A stretch of 60,255 bases of DNA, counting the filler, from Nemertoderma westbladi (lineage: Eukaryota; Animalia; Xenacoelomorpha): the NCBI GenBank assembly GCA_032718475.1. It is 3 parts of 3 records of this genome, joined end to end, with 100 filler letters (N's around TTAATTAATTAA, not from the genome) between each part and the next. Parts side by side here need not be neighbours in the genome. Positions count along the whole stretch, not along the records: positions 1 to 17,975 come from JAUCBJ010004221.1; positions 18,076 to 38,790 come from JAUCBJ010000592.1; 1 more part is not named here. The stretch is one strand, 5' to 3'. Both the position numbers and the translations under genes were made by a program. Below, piece after piece: positions 13,114 to 23,700 of this stretch. Position 1 is the stretch's first letter; each line of letters begins with the position of its first letter. The notes beneath the pieces were generated by a model. That model did no database searches. It was given only the letters and a program-made list of their open reading frames with translations, and had not been told where the DNA came from.

Positions 13114-13443
13114 AAGAAACTATTAGTTTTCATAATGCATAAAATTAGTTAAAGATACATACTGTATAACTCTTCATGCTTCATCAACTTTATACTGTAC
13201 ATACAATACAATTATAACAGACCTAATCATATTAGATTTATCATACAGTTCCACAGTTACCGTGTCATTACTGCTATATACCTACACTGTACTCGTAGTC
13301 AGAATTCAGAATGCCTAAGTACTGAAGTATCGCTATGTTAATATTACAATTACTGTATTTACATCTGAATGTCATTAATCATACTTATGTGTTTCCCTTT
13401 CTATTATATTGTACCCTTATCATTAGTATTTTGTTAACCTACC

Positions 13444-13486
13444 TATATCTGATGAAGCACCGCCAGTCGGTACGAAATATATTATA
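13444..13486 (+). ncRNA. Minimal type I hammerhead ribozyme in Penelope pLTR
   Basis: CTGATGA (13449-13455), stem II GCACCG/CGGTAC, GAAA (13474-13477), palindromic ATATAT stem III. Confidence 0.75.
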
Positions 13487-14029
13487 ATACTGTTATAATC
13501 TCGCAACAAATTTAATTATATTTATACTATGAATCAACCACCATTAACTCAATTAATTATCGGTGTTCAGAATATGGAATTTTGGATTCCGCTGCTACAA
13601 AAACGGTCTGTGATGAACAGTGGTTCAATCAATTTAGAGATATTTTATACGAAACCTCAAAACCTCAAATAAATGTGGCAAGTACATTTTATAATTTCGG
13701 TAATGTTGGAAAACGTAAAGCAATGTTTAATGCAATCGTTTCTGTTTTCATAAATGGTGTTCAATATTGTTGATATTGTTCGGGGGAATATGCCACTTTT
13801 GTAAGTCGTAGTAGTTTGGAAAGACTTGGCATTACCATAAACTTCAAGTCAAACTCTGCAACTATGGAGGGTAAGTCGCTGAAGCTTAAAAGCTGCCTGC
13901 GTGGTCATCTTTTGGTATACCTTATGGATGTGAAAGCGAGAGATATGGGTGATCAGAATAATAATAATAGTCGACATTGAAACTGTATTTCTTACTTTAA
14001 GTGATTTCAGAAGTAATCCCTCTAAGGTC

Positions 14030-15612
14030 GCAGATAAACTTCATCGTGCATATGGGCATCCATCTTCCAACAAACTGATACAAACTATAAAACCAGTAAT
14101 GCAGAAGGAATCAATGTCAATTGATGAGCAAGAACTATTAAAAGCTGCTATCTAAGTCATGTGACGTGTGTGATAAAAATTCTAAACCTGTTTTTGCTCC
14201 ATGTGTCGCCATGACACCATCAACACGATTTAATGAAAGAGTGGCACTCGATTTGACAGAGTGGAAGCGAAATAGCAAGACTTATATTATAATGTAAAAG
14301 TAAAAGTAAAAGTAAATTTTCTTCGGCCGCTAGGACAGGGATTACGCCCAAACTCTGGCGACTTATTTCCAGTGCGGTCCCCCCAGAACTTTACTCCCCA
14401 GAGGAAACTCCAGTACTCATTTAGCTACCACTTAAGGATGCAAGGCAGAGATGCGCCCTGGTTGGTCCCTTTAAAGCATTCGTGCCGAAACGAAAACTGC
14501 CCTGGCCCATGTGAGGATCGAACCCACGACCTACAGGAGATGTGAATTCAATGCAACCACTACACCAAGGTGGAACCTAACTAATAATGCATATTATTGA
14601 TCAGGCCACACGATATTCAGGTGCTTCATTTGTTACCTCTAAAGATGATGATGTCATAATTTCAGCTATTTCACATTGTTGGATTAAAATATTTGGACCA
14701 CCAAAAAATATTTATTCAGATAATGGTGGTGAGTTTACCAGCAAGCGACTTTATGCATTCTATGAACAGTTTGGTATTAATGTGAGTGGGACTGCGGCAT
14801 ATTCTCCTTTCAGAAATGGTCGCTGTGAAAGGCACAATGCATTATTAAAGGTTACCATGTCCAAGATTGCTGACGATGAACCTAATATTTCACTATCATT
14901 ATCAGTCATTTTAGATTTTGCGTTATTTGCAAAGAACTCACTTATGGATTCAGGAGGTTTCTCTCCTTCACAGCGAGTATTTGGCCGCAATCCACAAATA
15001 CCAAATATCATAGATGCTGAATTACCAGCGCTAACTGAGTCGAATGATAAGCAAATACGTGATTTACTGAACTGTTTACATGAAACCAGACAGTCCTATA
15101 TTGCTGGAGATTCTTCAGAAAGAATTAAAACAGCACTTCGTCGAAGAGTTCCATCACCTCCTCCTGTTGTCAAGAATAGTGATAGTGTGTATTATCGGCA
15201 TGATGTTGCTGGCATTGAGACTGGATGGAAAGGAGCAGGAAATGTTTTGGGTAGAGAAGGCTCAGTCGTTCTTGTGCAACATGGTTCCCGTGTTATTCGT
15301 GTTCATCCAATTCACATTAGATTAAACAAGACGAAACAGCAGAGTAAGGCTAAAGAATACGAATCAGATGATGATGATGATTTGGAATTTCTTAAAGATG
15401 TAATCAGTGTACCAAGTGGACAAGTTTCCAATGAAATTAAAATCCCTATATCCTCCAATATTGGTTTATTGCCATTAACAGATGATGTTGATTCGAGTAA
15501 TACAACCATAAATGGCAATGGAAACTTGGAGTTAATGTATAAAAATACAGAAAAATCATCTTCAATGGTTTCTGAACCAGATGTAGTTGCTGATGAGTCT
15601 TTGTACAATTGA
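14030..15612 (+). pseudogene. Retrotransposon integrase, interrupted by a SINE
   Basis: ORF 14587-15612 (HIIDQATRYS, IYSDNGGEF, GFSPSQRVFG) plus upstream zinc-binding segment. Confidence 0.85.
14295..14583 (-). mobile_element. tRNA-derived SINE with (TTTTAC)n tail
   Basis: Minus strand A box TGGTGTAGTGG and B box GGTTCGATCC; TSD ATAATG at 14289-14294 and 14584-14589; removal restores KTYIIMHIIDQ. Confidence 0.85.
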
Positions 15613-15829
15613 GCTACAATTCGCGCACTGAAACAACTTGATCAACCTTTAGAACAAACTACCTTACCACCAAGGACTAAAAGGCCCCCTGAACGCTATC
15701 AGTGCAACAATATTGAAGAAATGATAGTTGCTGAAAATGCTAACAGAGTTGTTGGTACTCCAAATGTTAAATGTCAAAATGAGGAAGAGTTTTATCTTTA
15801 CAACATATTAATATACATATAGTAATTAC

Positions 15830-16044
15830 ATACAACGAATCGAGATGCAAACCAAAACAGCCATGGGAGGTAAGTAAACATTTTACTAAACCATCCGGAA
15901 ATAGTACGCTGGAGCAATTTTTAACAAATATATATACTGAAACGTTTAGTGATGAGAACATGAAATACGTGGAAGACAATCTCTCTTCAGGAGAAAGGGA
16001 GGCTCTTAGGGAACTGAAGCGGGCAATAAAGGATGATGAACAAG
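15830..16044 (+). pseudogene. Fragment of a Penelope-like ORF (region upstream of RT)
   Basis: LEQFL...DNLSSGEREALRELK resembles the NLxxxExxALxxL motif preceding Penelope RT. Confidence 0.5.
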
Positions 16045-16955
16045 AGTAGTAATAGTATGCCACTCTCTGCGACAGTTGGACCAACTTCACACCTTGGGTG
16101 TTAAGTAGGTCATTAATTAATTAAACAATTAATTAATTGGTCGATTAAACAATTAATTAATTGTTTAATCAATCGATTTGTATCAAATAATGTTGCCAAA
16201 GGCAATTTAATTTGACACAAATCAATCAGATAGGGACGCGAGATGAATAAATTGTACTATAACAAACGAAATATACAATACAATAGGCACTGTGCAATAC
16301 AATATACAATACATTTGTATTATTTTTGCCATACAATAGGTAAAGGTAGAATTAAATATAAACATGCGAGCGGGGCCCAAAACATAAATTACCCTCACTC
16401 GAAAATAAAGTGGACCAGTTTGGCCCTGAGTCATCCCTCAATAATCTGCGGTCGTTGGGCTCTTATTAGATGTGGTATGACTAATCCCTTTGAATCCTAT
16501 ACTGTACGTCAACACGTGAATGGGACCTGCCACAGAGTTTAAATTATTCAAACCTATAGCTTCGTTATTACATCAATTCGTCCGAGATAATAAACATCTG
16601 CTCTTGCAATAGATTGCATTCTTTCGCATTGTATTGCGAAGCAGTCCACGCGCATATTAGCTCAACAACAAAGGCAATACCCAAACGCCATGTGTCAAAT
16701 TAATTCCCAACCATCTCTTTACTACAGTAGATACTGTAGTTTTTGTTTGAAGAAATGCACAACCCTCACGCATTATTCTTCTTTCACAACTCCATTCTAA
16801 CCTCCCTCTATAATAGCCCCCAGTCACCGCATTCCCATTCATTCTCTAATTTTTATTTTTAAAAGTTTTATTTATTTTCATAAAAGTTTTATTTATTTAA
16901 AATTTTGTAAAATCATTCAGCGAAAATTCATAATATCAATTGACATTGCTATATA

Positions 16956-17975
16956 ATGCATAGAGATGAAAGATGTTTGGTTTGTAATAAAGAAATGAGA
17001 CAAGATAATCTATCTCGTCATATGGAAAGACATAGAAAGGATAAACGAATGGATCCATTACCAAAGAAATTTAAAAAATCCGAAGATATTTTTAGTGAAG
17101 ATGAAAAGAAAAAGAGAGTTGAGCGTGATATTTTAAAGATAAAACAGACAATGGAAAATAAATTTCATAAAGTTATGAATATTTTGAAAGGGATACAAAA
17201 ACAGTTACCCCTAGAAAATGATGAGAATTTGAGTGAGGAAGATGAAGAAGAAGAGGACGATGAGATGGAGAATGAAAATAGTGAGGGTCAAGATGAAGTT
17301 GAAGAGAGTGAAGTTGGGAACGAAGAAAGTGAAGATCAGAAAGATGACGAAGAAAGTGAAGGTCAGGAAGGGCGTGAAGAAAGCGAAGGTGATGAGAATT
17401 TGAGTGAGGAAGATGAAGAAGAAGAGGACGATGAGATGGAGAATGAAAATAGTGAGGGTCAAGATGAAGTTGAAGAGAGTGAAGTTGGGAACGAAGAAAG
17501 TGAAGATCAGAAAGATGACGAAGAAAGTGAAGGTCAGGAAGGGCGTGAAGAAAGCGAAGGTGATGAGAATTTGAGTGAGGAAGATGAAGAAGAAGAGGAC
17601 GATGAGATGGAGAATGAAAATAGTGAGGGTCAAGATGAAGTTGAAGAGAGTGAAGTTGGGAACGAAGAAAGTGAAGATCAGAAAGATGACGAAGAAAGTG
17701 AAGGTCAGGAAGGGCGTGAAGAAAGCGAAGGTCAGGAAGAGAATGAAGAAAGCGAAGGTCAGGAAGAGAATGAAGAAAGTGAAGAACAGGAAGAGGATGA
17801 CGAAAGTGAAGGTCAGAAAGAGGATGAAGAGAGTGAAGGTCAGGAAGAGGGTGAAGAAAGCAAAGGTCAGGAAGAGAATGAAGAAAGTGAAGAACAGGAA
17901 GAGGATGAAGAAAGCGAAGGTCAGGAAGGGCGTGAAGAAAGCGAAGGTCAGGAAGGGCGTGAAGAAAGCGAAGGT
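16956..17975 (+). CDS. C2H2 zinc finger plus long Glu/Asp-rich repeat protein (runs into gap)
   Basis: CLVCNKEMRQDNLSRHMERH; intronless open frame; TATA-like TATAATAG at ~16809. Confidence 0.65.
17220..17975 (+). repeat. Coding tandem repeats: three 171-bp units, then 27-bp units
   Basis: GATGAGAATTTGAGTGAGG recurs at 17220, 17391, 17562; EESEGQEEN-type nonapeptides follow. Confidence 0.95.
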
Positions 17976-18075
17976 NNNNNNNNNNNNNNNNNNNNNNNNN
18001 NNNNNNNNNNNNNNNNNNNTTAATTAATTAANNNNNNNNNNNNNNNNNNNNNNNNNNNNNNNNNNNNNNNNNNNN
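17976..18075. other. Assembly gap with artificial six-frame-stop linker
   Basis: N44-TTAATTAATTAA-N44. Confidence 0.95.
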
Positions 18076-18240
18076 TCCAGTCACGTCTGTAGAGTCTACA
18101 GGGTTTATTACAGGAACATTAATTAAACAAAATGGTTCAACATCGAGTTCGTTACTGTGATTGTTTACAGTGTTAGTCGTATCTAGAGGATGTTCTACTT
18201 TTATTCGGGATAAGCAATCAGCCCTGTTAAACTTTCCGGG

Positions 18241-21200
18241 CTAATAAATAAAAGTATAATCGTATTCTGACAGTTTCAGTGCCCACCTTTGGAGACGACC
18301 CGTAATATGGCGATTGACACCAACCCAAGACAAGCATTGCAGGGGGTTATGATCTGAAATCACTTTAAAATGCCGACCCAATAAATAAAAACGAAACTTA
18401 GCTACGGCCCAAACTACTGCTAATCCCTCTAATTCCGTAATCGACCACTTAGCTTCGGCACAAGTCAGGGAACGCGAAGCATAAGCTATAACCTTATCGT
18501 CTTGGCAAAGTATCGCCCCAAGTCCAGATCCACTGGAATCAGTTTCTAAGGTAAACTCTCGTTCAAAGTCAGGGTGGGATAAAATTGGCGATGAAACGAG
18601 TCGATTCTTGAGTTCTAGAAAAGCTTGTTCACAATCTGCATTCCAGTAAAACGGCACTCCTACTTTTGTTAGGCCATACAATGGTTGTACTAATTTGCCA
18701 TAATCTCTCACAAACTTCCTGTAGTATCCACACAGGCCCAGAAAACTCTGTAAGTCCTTCACACAAGTAGGTCTGGGGAAATCGACCATCGTACTTATTT
18801 TCTTAGGGTCAGTATGTATACCATCCCGATCAATAATGTGTCCTAGGAAGTGTATTGAACTCGCTCCAAAACAACATTTAGAGGGTTTCAATTTGAGACC
18901 TAACTCACTTATACGCCGTAGTACTATATCTATGAGTTCTATGTGCTGTTCCCACGTTCTAGAATACAATATCAGGTCATCCATGTACACTAAAGCACAT
19001 TCTATCCCTTCTAATCCTAGTTGCATTAATCTCTGACACGTACTGGGTGATGACTGAAGCCCAAACGGCATTCTACGAAACTCAAAGTTTCCCCACTGAG
19101 TATGAAAGGCGGTCTTCGCATAATCCTCCGGATTAATCTCTACTTGCCAAAACATGGATTTAAAATCCAACGCACTGAAATATTCTGGTCTGGCAGCACC
19201 AACTTCTGCTAACATGTAATCAATATTAGGTAATGGCCAAAATTGAGGAACCGCTACTGAATTAAGTCCCCTATAGTCTATAGCTAAGCGCCATGGCTTA
19301 TTAGGTGCCTTAACAATGATAAGAGGAGAAGACCATTCACTGGTACTCGGCTGTATAACTCCTACACGTTGTAAATTACTTAACCGTTCTCTCAGTTCTG
19401 GACGTATGGCTACGGGTATTGGATAAGGCTTTACATGTATCGGTTTAGCATCAGGTTTCAAAGGTATAGAATGTTGTAACAGTGTAGTCCGTCCTATGTC
19501 ATAATCATTGTAAGAAAATGAATGGGGATTCTGTCCAACAATGTCCAATACATCAGCTTGTTTATCAGAGTCTAAATGGTCTAATTTTAATTCTTCACGT
19601 AAAAATATCTGTTTACCATTGACATCATTAACTACACTATCTGTACTGATAGCCCTACTTTCTAAAGTACGCAAGGTATAATTAGTGACGTCACAGTATG
19701 ATGCTACCTTCTGGTTCTTAAAAACAGTAATTGGTGAATTGTTTGGGTTTAAAACTTGTAATGTAACACGTTCTCTATCAATTGGATCTATAATACAACG
19801 TGCTAGTAGGGTTTGAGTATTCGACTGATACAGAGGTTCAATATAAACTGGTCCTGCTGGGAAGCTACAATTACTTCCCTTTCCCTTCAAACAACCTGTA
19901 ATATATGCCTGTGAATCTGGTGGTATAGTAACCCTCTTTTCTGACATAATTATACGGCGAGTATAGTGTTCTGTGGTTGAGTTAGATATAACCTGAGTCG
20001 GTGGACTACAAAAATAAACACACTCGTTATTCCGTAAAATCATACATTGCTTTACTAAATCAAACGAGGTACAGGCTTGGTAGATAAAATCTTTACCAAA
20101 AATAATTTCAGAACCATCAATTTTCTGTAAGTCGCCAATATACACTAATATGTCTACTTTAAAGTCTGACGTAATAACAATCGGTAGATGCACTTCACCT
20201 AATACTGGCATTAACCCTCCTACACCCTTAATAGATGGTATACTACTGGCTCCCAGTTCACAATCCTTTGGTAATTTACGTATATCCATTATAGTAAAAT
20301 CCGAACCGCTATCTACCAAACCAACCATCTTTGTACGTCCTATATGTATAGGTATGTACCAATCGCGATTCGTATGCGTTGTATACCGTATGAGATTATT
20401 TTCAAAACTCGAAGCCGGTGTACCAGCATCCGTACTAAACCTACTGGGCGGTGGAGTAGGGTGTGGCACATATTGGGATGGCTGACACATATTGCTAGCA
20501 GTACTAAGTGGGGAAGGTCTCGGTCTGTATGGATAAGTACGTCTCACATCGTCACTCCATCTATTAAATCGGGATGTTTGAGATCTTGGGCAATGGGTAC
20601 TGTAATGTCCAGACTCGTTACAATTAAAACAAACAATATCTCTCCGTGGCTGAACATTACAGGAAGCAAACGGCTGGGGACATTGGGTACTGTAATGGCC
20701 AAATTCATTGCAGTTAAAACATGTTACATTCCTACGGGGTGTCATATTATTACTTCCCTGAAAATGTTCACTTTGAATAATTGACCTACTTGGCTCAGTC
20801 AAATAAGGGCTATCTACAGGTCTACCACTACTGTAGGCTAATGTATCACTACTCCTTTCAGAATGGTTTGGACCAGAATTTGTTCTACTCTTGTTCCATG
20901 CAGTAAATGGACGTACAGGAGCTGGCTGGCACTGCATACTGGAAATTTGTTTCCGTAATTCTTGTATCTCACTTTCTAATTTATTTATTTTTGGATCAAC
21001 GGTAACCGGTCTACTCGGTACAGTAGAATTTCTATTAAAACTCGCCGTATTGTTTACATATCCATGTACACCACTTTCCGGCAAAAAGGTATGCTTTGGC
21101 CTATTAGAATCAATACCGGTATTTCGATCAATACGTCCAGCTTGATCCCCGTAATTTAAATGGTTCGCCTCCGCTAAATAAATTTCTTCATTACGCGCCA

Positions 21201-21927
21201 TACGTACAGCCTCGTCAAACGATTGCGGATGGCTGTTTCTAATCCTAAAAGCCAAATCAGAGGGTATGCCTCTGTAAAAAACTGTAAGTAATAACAGATC
21301 TCGTTGCGCACCATTCATATCTACCCAGGCTTGCTGTCCCCATTTCTGGAGTTTATCTACATACTCCTCTATAGTTTCATTTATTCCAAGCCTACAATCT
21401 AACAGCTTACTACATATAACCTCGGGGGGTAAAGGCCTAAATCTAGCTCGCAGAGCGGCTACTACGATATCAAAATCGACTTGTTGTTCAGTAGGTAATT
21501 CTTCTATTACGCGAGAATTCCATCTTCGAAGACGTCCCAATCGCTGTAATGCACTAACCCAGGAATCAACATCTCCACGCCCGTCGAATATTTCCGGTTC
21601 CTTCCTGATATCCGCCATTATCGGTGCGTCGCGTTCAAGCTGTATACAGGTATCGGTACCTTGCTGCTCTCTATTAGGATGTATGTAATCGTCCCCTTCT
21701 CCTGGTACCGGTACTGCAGGAAACCGATTCCTACCGTGAGACTGCGTTTCAGAATATCTAGGACGGTCGCAACCGGAACCAGGAACGACAACCGCCGGAC
21801 TATTTAAGTTTATGTCCGTCCAACTTGATTCTTCTCTCGGACCGACGGCTATTTGCGTTTGGTCAGACCCTCCGCATCTACTACCGGTACTTTCGCTATC
21901 GTTCTCGAATCCAAAAACGGCTGTCAT
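18241..21927 (-). CDS. Ty3/Gypsy gag-pol (Gag, two CCHC, protease, RT, RNase H) ending at a premature stop
   Basis: CFNCNEFGHYSTQC, CFNCNESGHYSTHC, LVDSGS, SEWSSP, IDYRGLN, RMPFGL, YMDD, FLGH, ETDSSG, ELEGLAV; frame continues past TAG as PGKFNRADCLSR towards the gap. Confidence 0.93.
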   Translation of the reverse strand: MTAVFGFENDSESTGSRCGGSDQTQIAVGPREESSWTDINLNSPAVVVPGSGCDRPRYSETQSHGRNRFPAVPVPGEGDDYIHPNREQQGTDTCIQLERDAPIMADIRKEPEIFDGRGDVDSWVSALQRLGRLRRWNSRVIEELPTEQQVDFDIVVAALRARFRPLPPEVICSKLLDCRLGINETIEEYVDKLQKWGQQAWVDMNGAQRDLLLLTVFYRGIPSDLAFRIRNSHPQSFDEAVRMARNEEIYLAEANHLNYGDQAGRIDRNTGIDSNRPKHTFLPESGVHGYVNNTASFNRNSTVPSRPVTVDPKINKLESEIQELRKQISSMQCQPAPVRPFTAWNKSRTNSGPNHSERSSDTLAYSSGRPVDSPYLTEPSRSIIQSEHFQGSNNMTPRRNVTCFNCNEFGHYSTQCPQPFASCNVQPRRDIVCFNCNESGHYSTHCPRSQTSRFNRWSDDVRRTYPYRPRPSPLSTASNMCQPSQYVPHPTPPPSRFSTDAGTPASSFENNLIRYTTHTNRDWYIPIHIGRTKMVGLVDSGSDFTIMDIRKLPKDCELGASSIPSIKGVGGLMPVLGEVHLPIVITSDFKVDILVYIGDLQKIDGSEIIFGKDFIYQACTSFDLVKQCMILRNNECVYFCSPPTQVISNSTTEHYTRRIIMSEKRVTIPPDSQAYITGCLKGKGSNCSFPAGPVYIEPLYQSNTQTLLARCIIDPIDRERVTLQVLNPNNSPITVFKNQKVASYCDVTNYTLRTLESRAISTDSVVNDVNGKQIFLREELKLDHLDSDKQADVLDIVGQNPHSFSYNDYDIGRTTLLQHSIPLKPDAKPIHVKPYPIPVAIRPELRERLSNLQRVGVIQPSTSEWSSPLIIVKAPNKPWRLAIDYRGLNSVAVPQFWPLPNIDYMLAEVGAARPEYFSALDFKSMFWQVEINPEDYAKTAFHTQWGNFEFRRMPFGLQSSPSTCQRLMQLGLEGIECALVYMDDLILYSRTWEQHIELIDIVLRRISELGLKLKPSKCCFGASSIHFLGHIIDRDGIHTDPKKISTMVDFPRPTCVKDLQSFLGLCGYYRKFVRDYGKLVQPLYGLTKVGVPFYWNADCEQAFLELKNRLVSSPILSHPDFEREFTLETDSSGSGLGAILCQDDKVIAYASRSLTCAEAKWSITELEGLAVVWAVAKFRFYLLGRHFKVISDHNPLQCLSWVGVNRHITGRLQRWALKLSEYDYTFIY

Positions 21928-22934
21928 ACCCTGACTCGCTGACTGTCTGAATGCTTGATATTACCGGCACAAGTCCAAAGTCAGCCAGTTTACCGATAAC
22001 CAACAATCGATTATCCACGCCCAACGGTCTGACGGTACAAGTAACAAGTCTATAACCAGCAGCAGCAACCAGGAAGAAAAAAAATCCTCCCGGACGAGCC
22101 CCCAAATGTGAAAGCTGGATAACAGGATAAGGTCGAACCCGGGTTCCGTGGCAATCTACCACTTAGTTTTTCTGGTTTCCCTGAAGAAAATCTGCCGTTA
22201 ACTGGCAGGCTGGCTAAAACGATTAGTTTGTTAGTTCATCTAATCAAAACAGATAAATCAAAATACTGAAATACATCTGTACATACGTCAGACAGTCAGA
22301 TGTCAGACATCCAAAAAGAAACACGAATCTAAACTACTACTGTAGGTACTGTATTGTACTGACCATATCTTGATATATTCCTTACTTACCGGTATTATCC
22401 TACCTATCTATCCCTCTTTGTTATCCTCCAATCAGCGGTCAGGATTATTCTAGCGCAATTTTGTTGTTTCCTGTAAACTTCCCTAGATGGCGTTATATTA
22501 TTTATAACGTTTTTTGTAATTTGATATTGTTGTGTTTCATATTTTGTATGTCCTTGCTGCTGATCACCACACTCGACTATGAGGCGAATTTGTTATCCTT
22601 CCTATTATATTCAGATTATATAGCCCTATTTCTATTTGTAATTGCAAATATTAACCCTATTACCAATGGAAGGATGGAAGGGGGGGGGGGGGGTGTGATG
22701 GACGAATTGTTTTAGAACAACATTTTTATATTAAATTAATAAATAAAATGTTCTATAGAACATTAAAATAAAGAAACAAAAACTAGCTAGTAAAACAAAT
22801 TTAAACGTAACAAGATGTAATTTTACGTAGAGTATATTACAATCTAAATATAATTATATTGAATATATAGGTGGCACGGCAAACTGTAAGAGAGCCTCGT
22901 GAAATACTCTAAAGTTTTGAATTCAACGCATTTA

Positions 22935-23316
22935 ATGGGTTTTCTGGTCTGCTGAATCGATTGAAAGTAATATAGAAGCCTCAATTCTTAGGGGTACATT
23001 ATTTTTGGTACACCGAAATTAGAGCGTGGTAAGTAGGCCTATTTCAAATTTTCAAAATTACGATATTCAGAAAATACCACTACGTTTTCATTTCCATTTT
23101 TATAGGTTCTCTAGACCGCTGAATCGATCAAAAGTAATATTCAAGCCTCGACTCTTAGTGGCATTTCATTATTGGTGCACCCAAACTAGGGTGTTAATTT
23201 TCCAAATTAGAATAAGTACCACTCCCTAATTTTGGTGCACAAAAAATGACGAACCATTAATTCTTCCGTCTTCTATGTTACTTTCAATCGATTCAGCAGT
23301 CAAGGAAACCTATAAA
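22935..23316. repeat. Degenerate inverted-repeat element (MITE-like)
   Basis: CTGCTGAATCGATTGAAAGTAA (~22948) is inverted against TTACTTTCAATCGATTCAGCAG (~23278); a third partial arm lies at ~23105-23150. Confidence 0.6.
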
Positions 23317-23520
23317 AATCGTGAAAAGTTGATAAGTCCAGACAACTGTGAAGAAGGCGTGTTAATTCGCAACTACCAGCTGAATGACGCAGAGCGCAGT
23401 GCTTTTAACCTAGGCCCGCGCCACCCTACCAAGTTTGGGGCTAACCGCAATAACCCCCAACCATCACCGCTGTCATCAATGGGGCCTCAATCAGTAACAA
23501 CCAACACTAACACCTGACAA

Positions 23521-23700
23521 TCCACCGGGCCGCCAATCTCCACCGGGCCGCCGACCTGCATGGGACCGCCGACCTCCATGGGGCCGCCGACCTCCACGGG
23601 GCCGCCGACCTCCACGGGGCCGCCGACCTCCACGGGGCCGCCGGCCTCCACCGGCCCGCCGACCTCCACCGGGCCGCCGACCGCCACCGGGCCGCCGACT
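23521..23700 (+). repeat. GC-rich 18-bp tandem repeat encoding (STGPPT)n
   Basis: TCCACGGGGCCGCCGACC about 10 times. Confidence 0.95.

Larger units (their letters stand above)
11872..13561 (+). mobile_element. Penelope-like element, 5'-truncated, with inverted partial pLTR and 13-bp TSD
   Basis: TSD GGTGTTCAGAATA at 11859-11871 and 13562-13574; 60-bp inverted repeat 11869-11928 / 13466-13525; RT plus GIY-YIG ORF. Confidence 0.9.
10523..15760 (+). mobile_element. Decayed Ty1/Copia-order LTR retrotransposon (gag-PR-IN; RT/RNase H lost)
   Basis: Gag-like YVEWRRLLKMW; knuckle CHRCQSRFHLVRDC (~11710-11751); protease ILDSAATKTVC (~13580); integrase HHCC (LHRAYGH...CDVC) and core (VALD, SDNGGEF, NGRCERHN); PR followed directly by IN; many stops and frameshifts. 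Confidence 0.8.

Noticed and set aside
17211-18027. Phe/Ile-rich and Lys/Arg-rich ORFs
   Set aside because: Alternative frames of the acidic repeat ORF
17976-18075. Palindrome TTAATTAATTAA centred in N-runs (also 38791-38890)
   Set aside because: Artificial six-frame-stop linker; linkage across the gaps cannot be interpreted
21930-22500. 5' LTR and PBS of the Gypsy element
   Set aside because: No convincing CA-TGG junction and no second LTR for comparison
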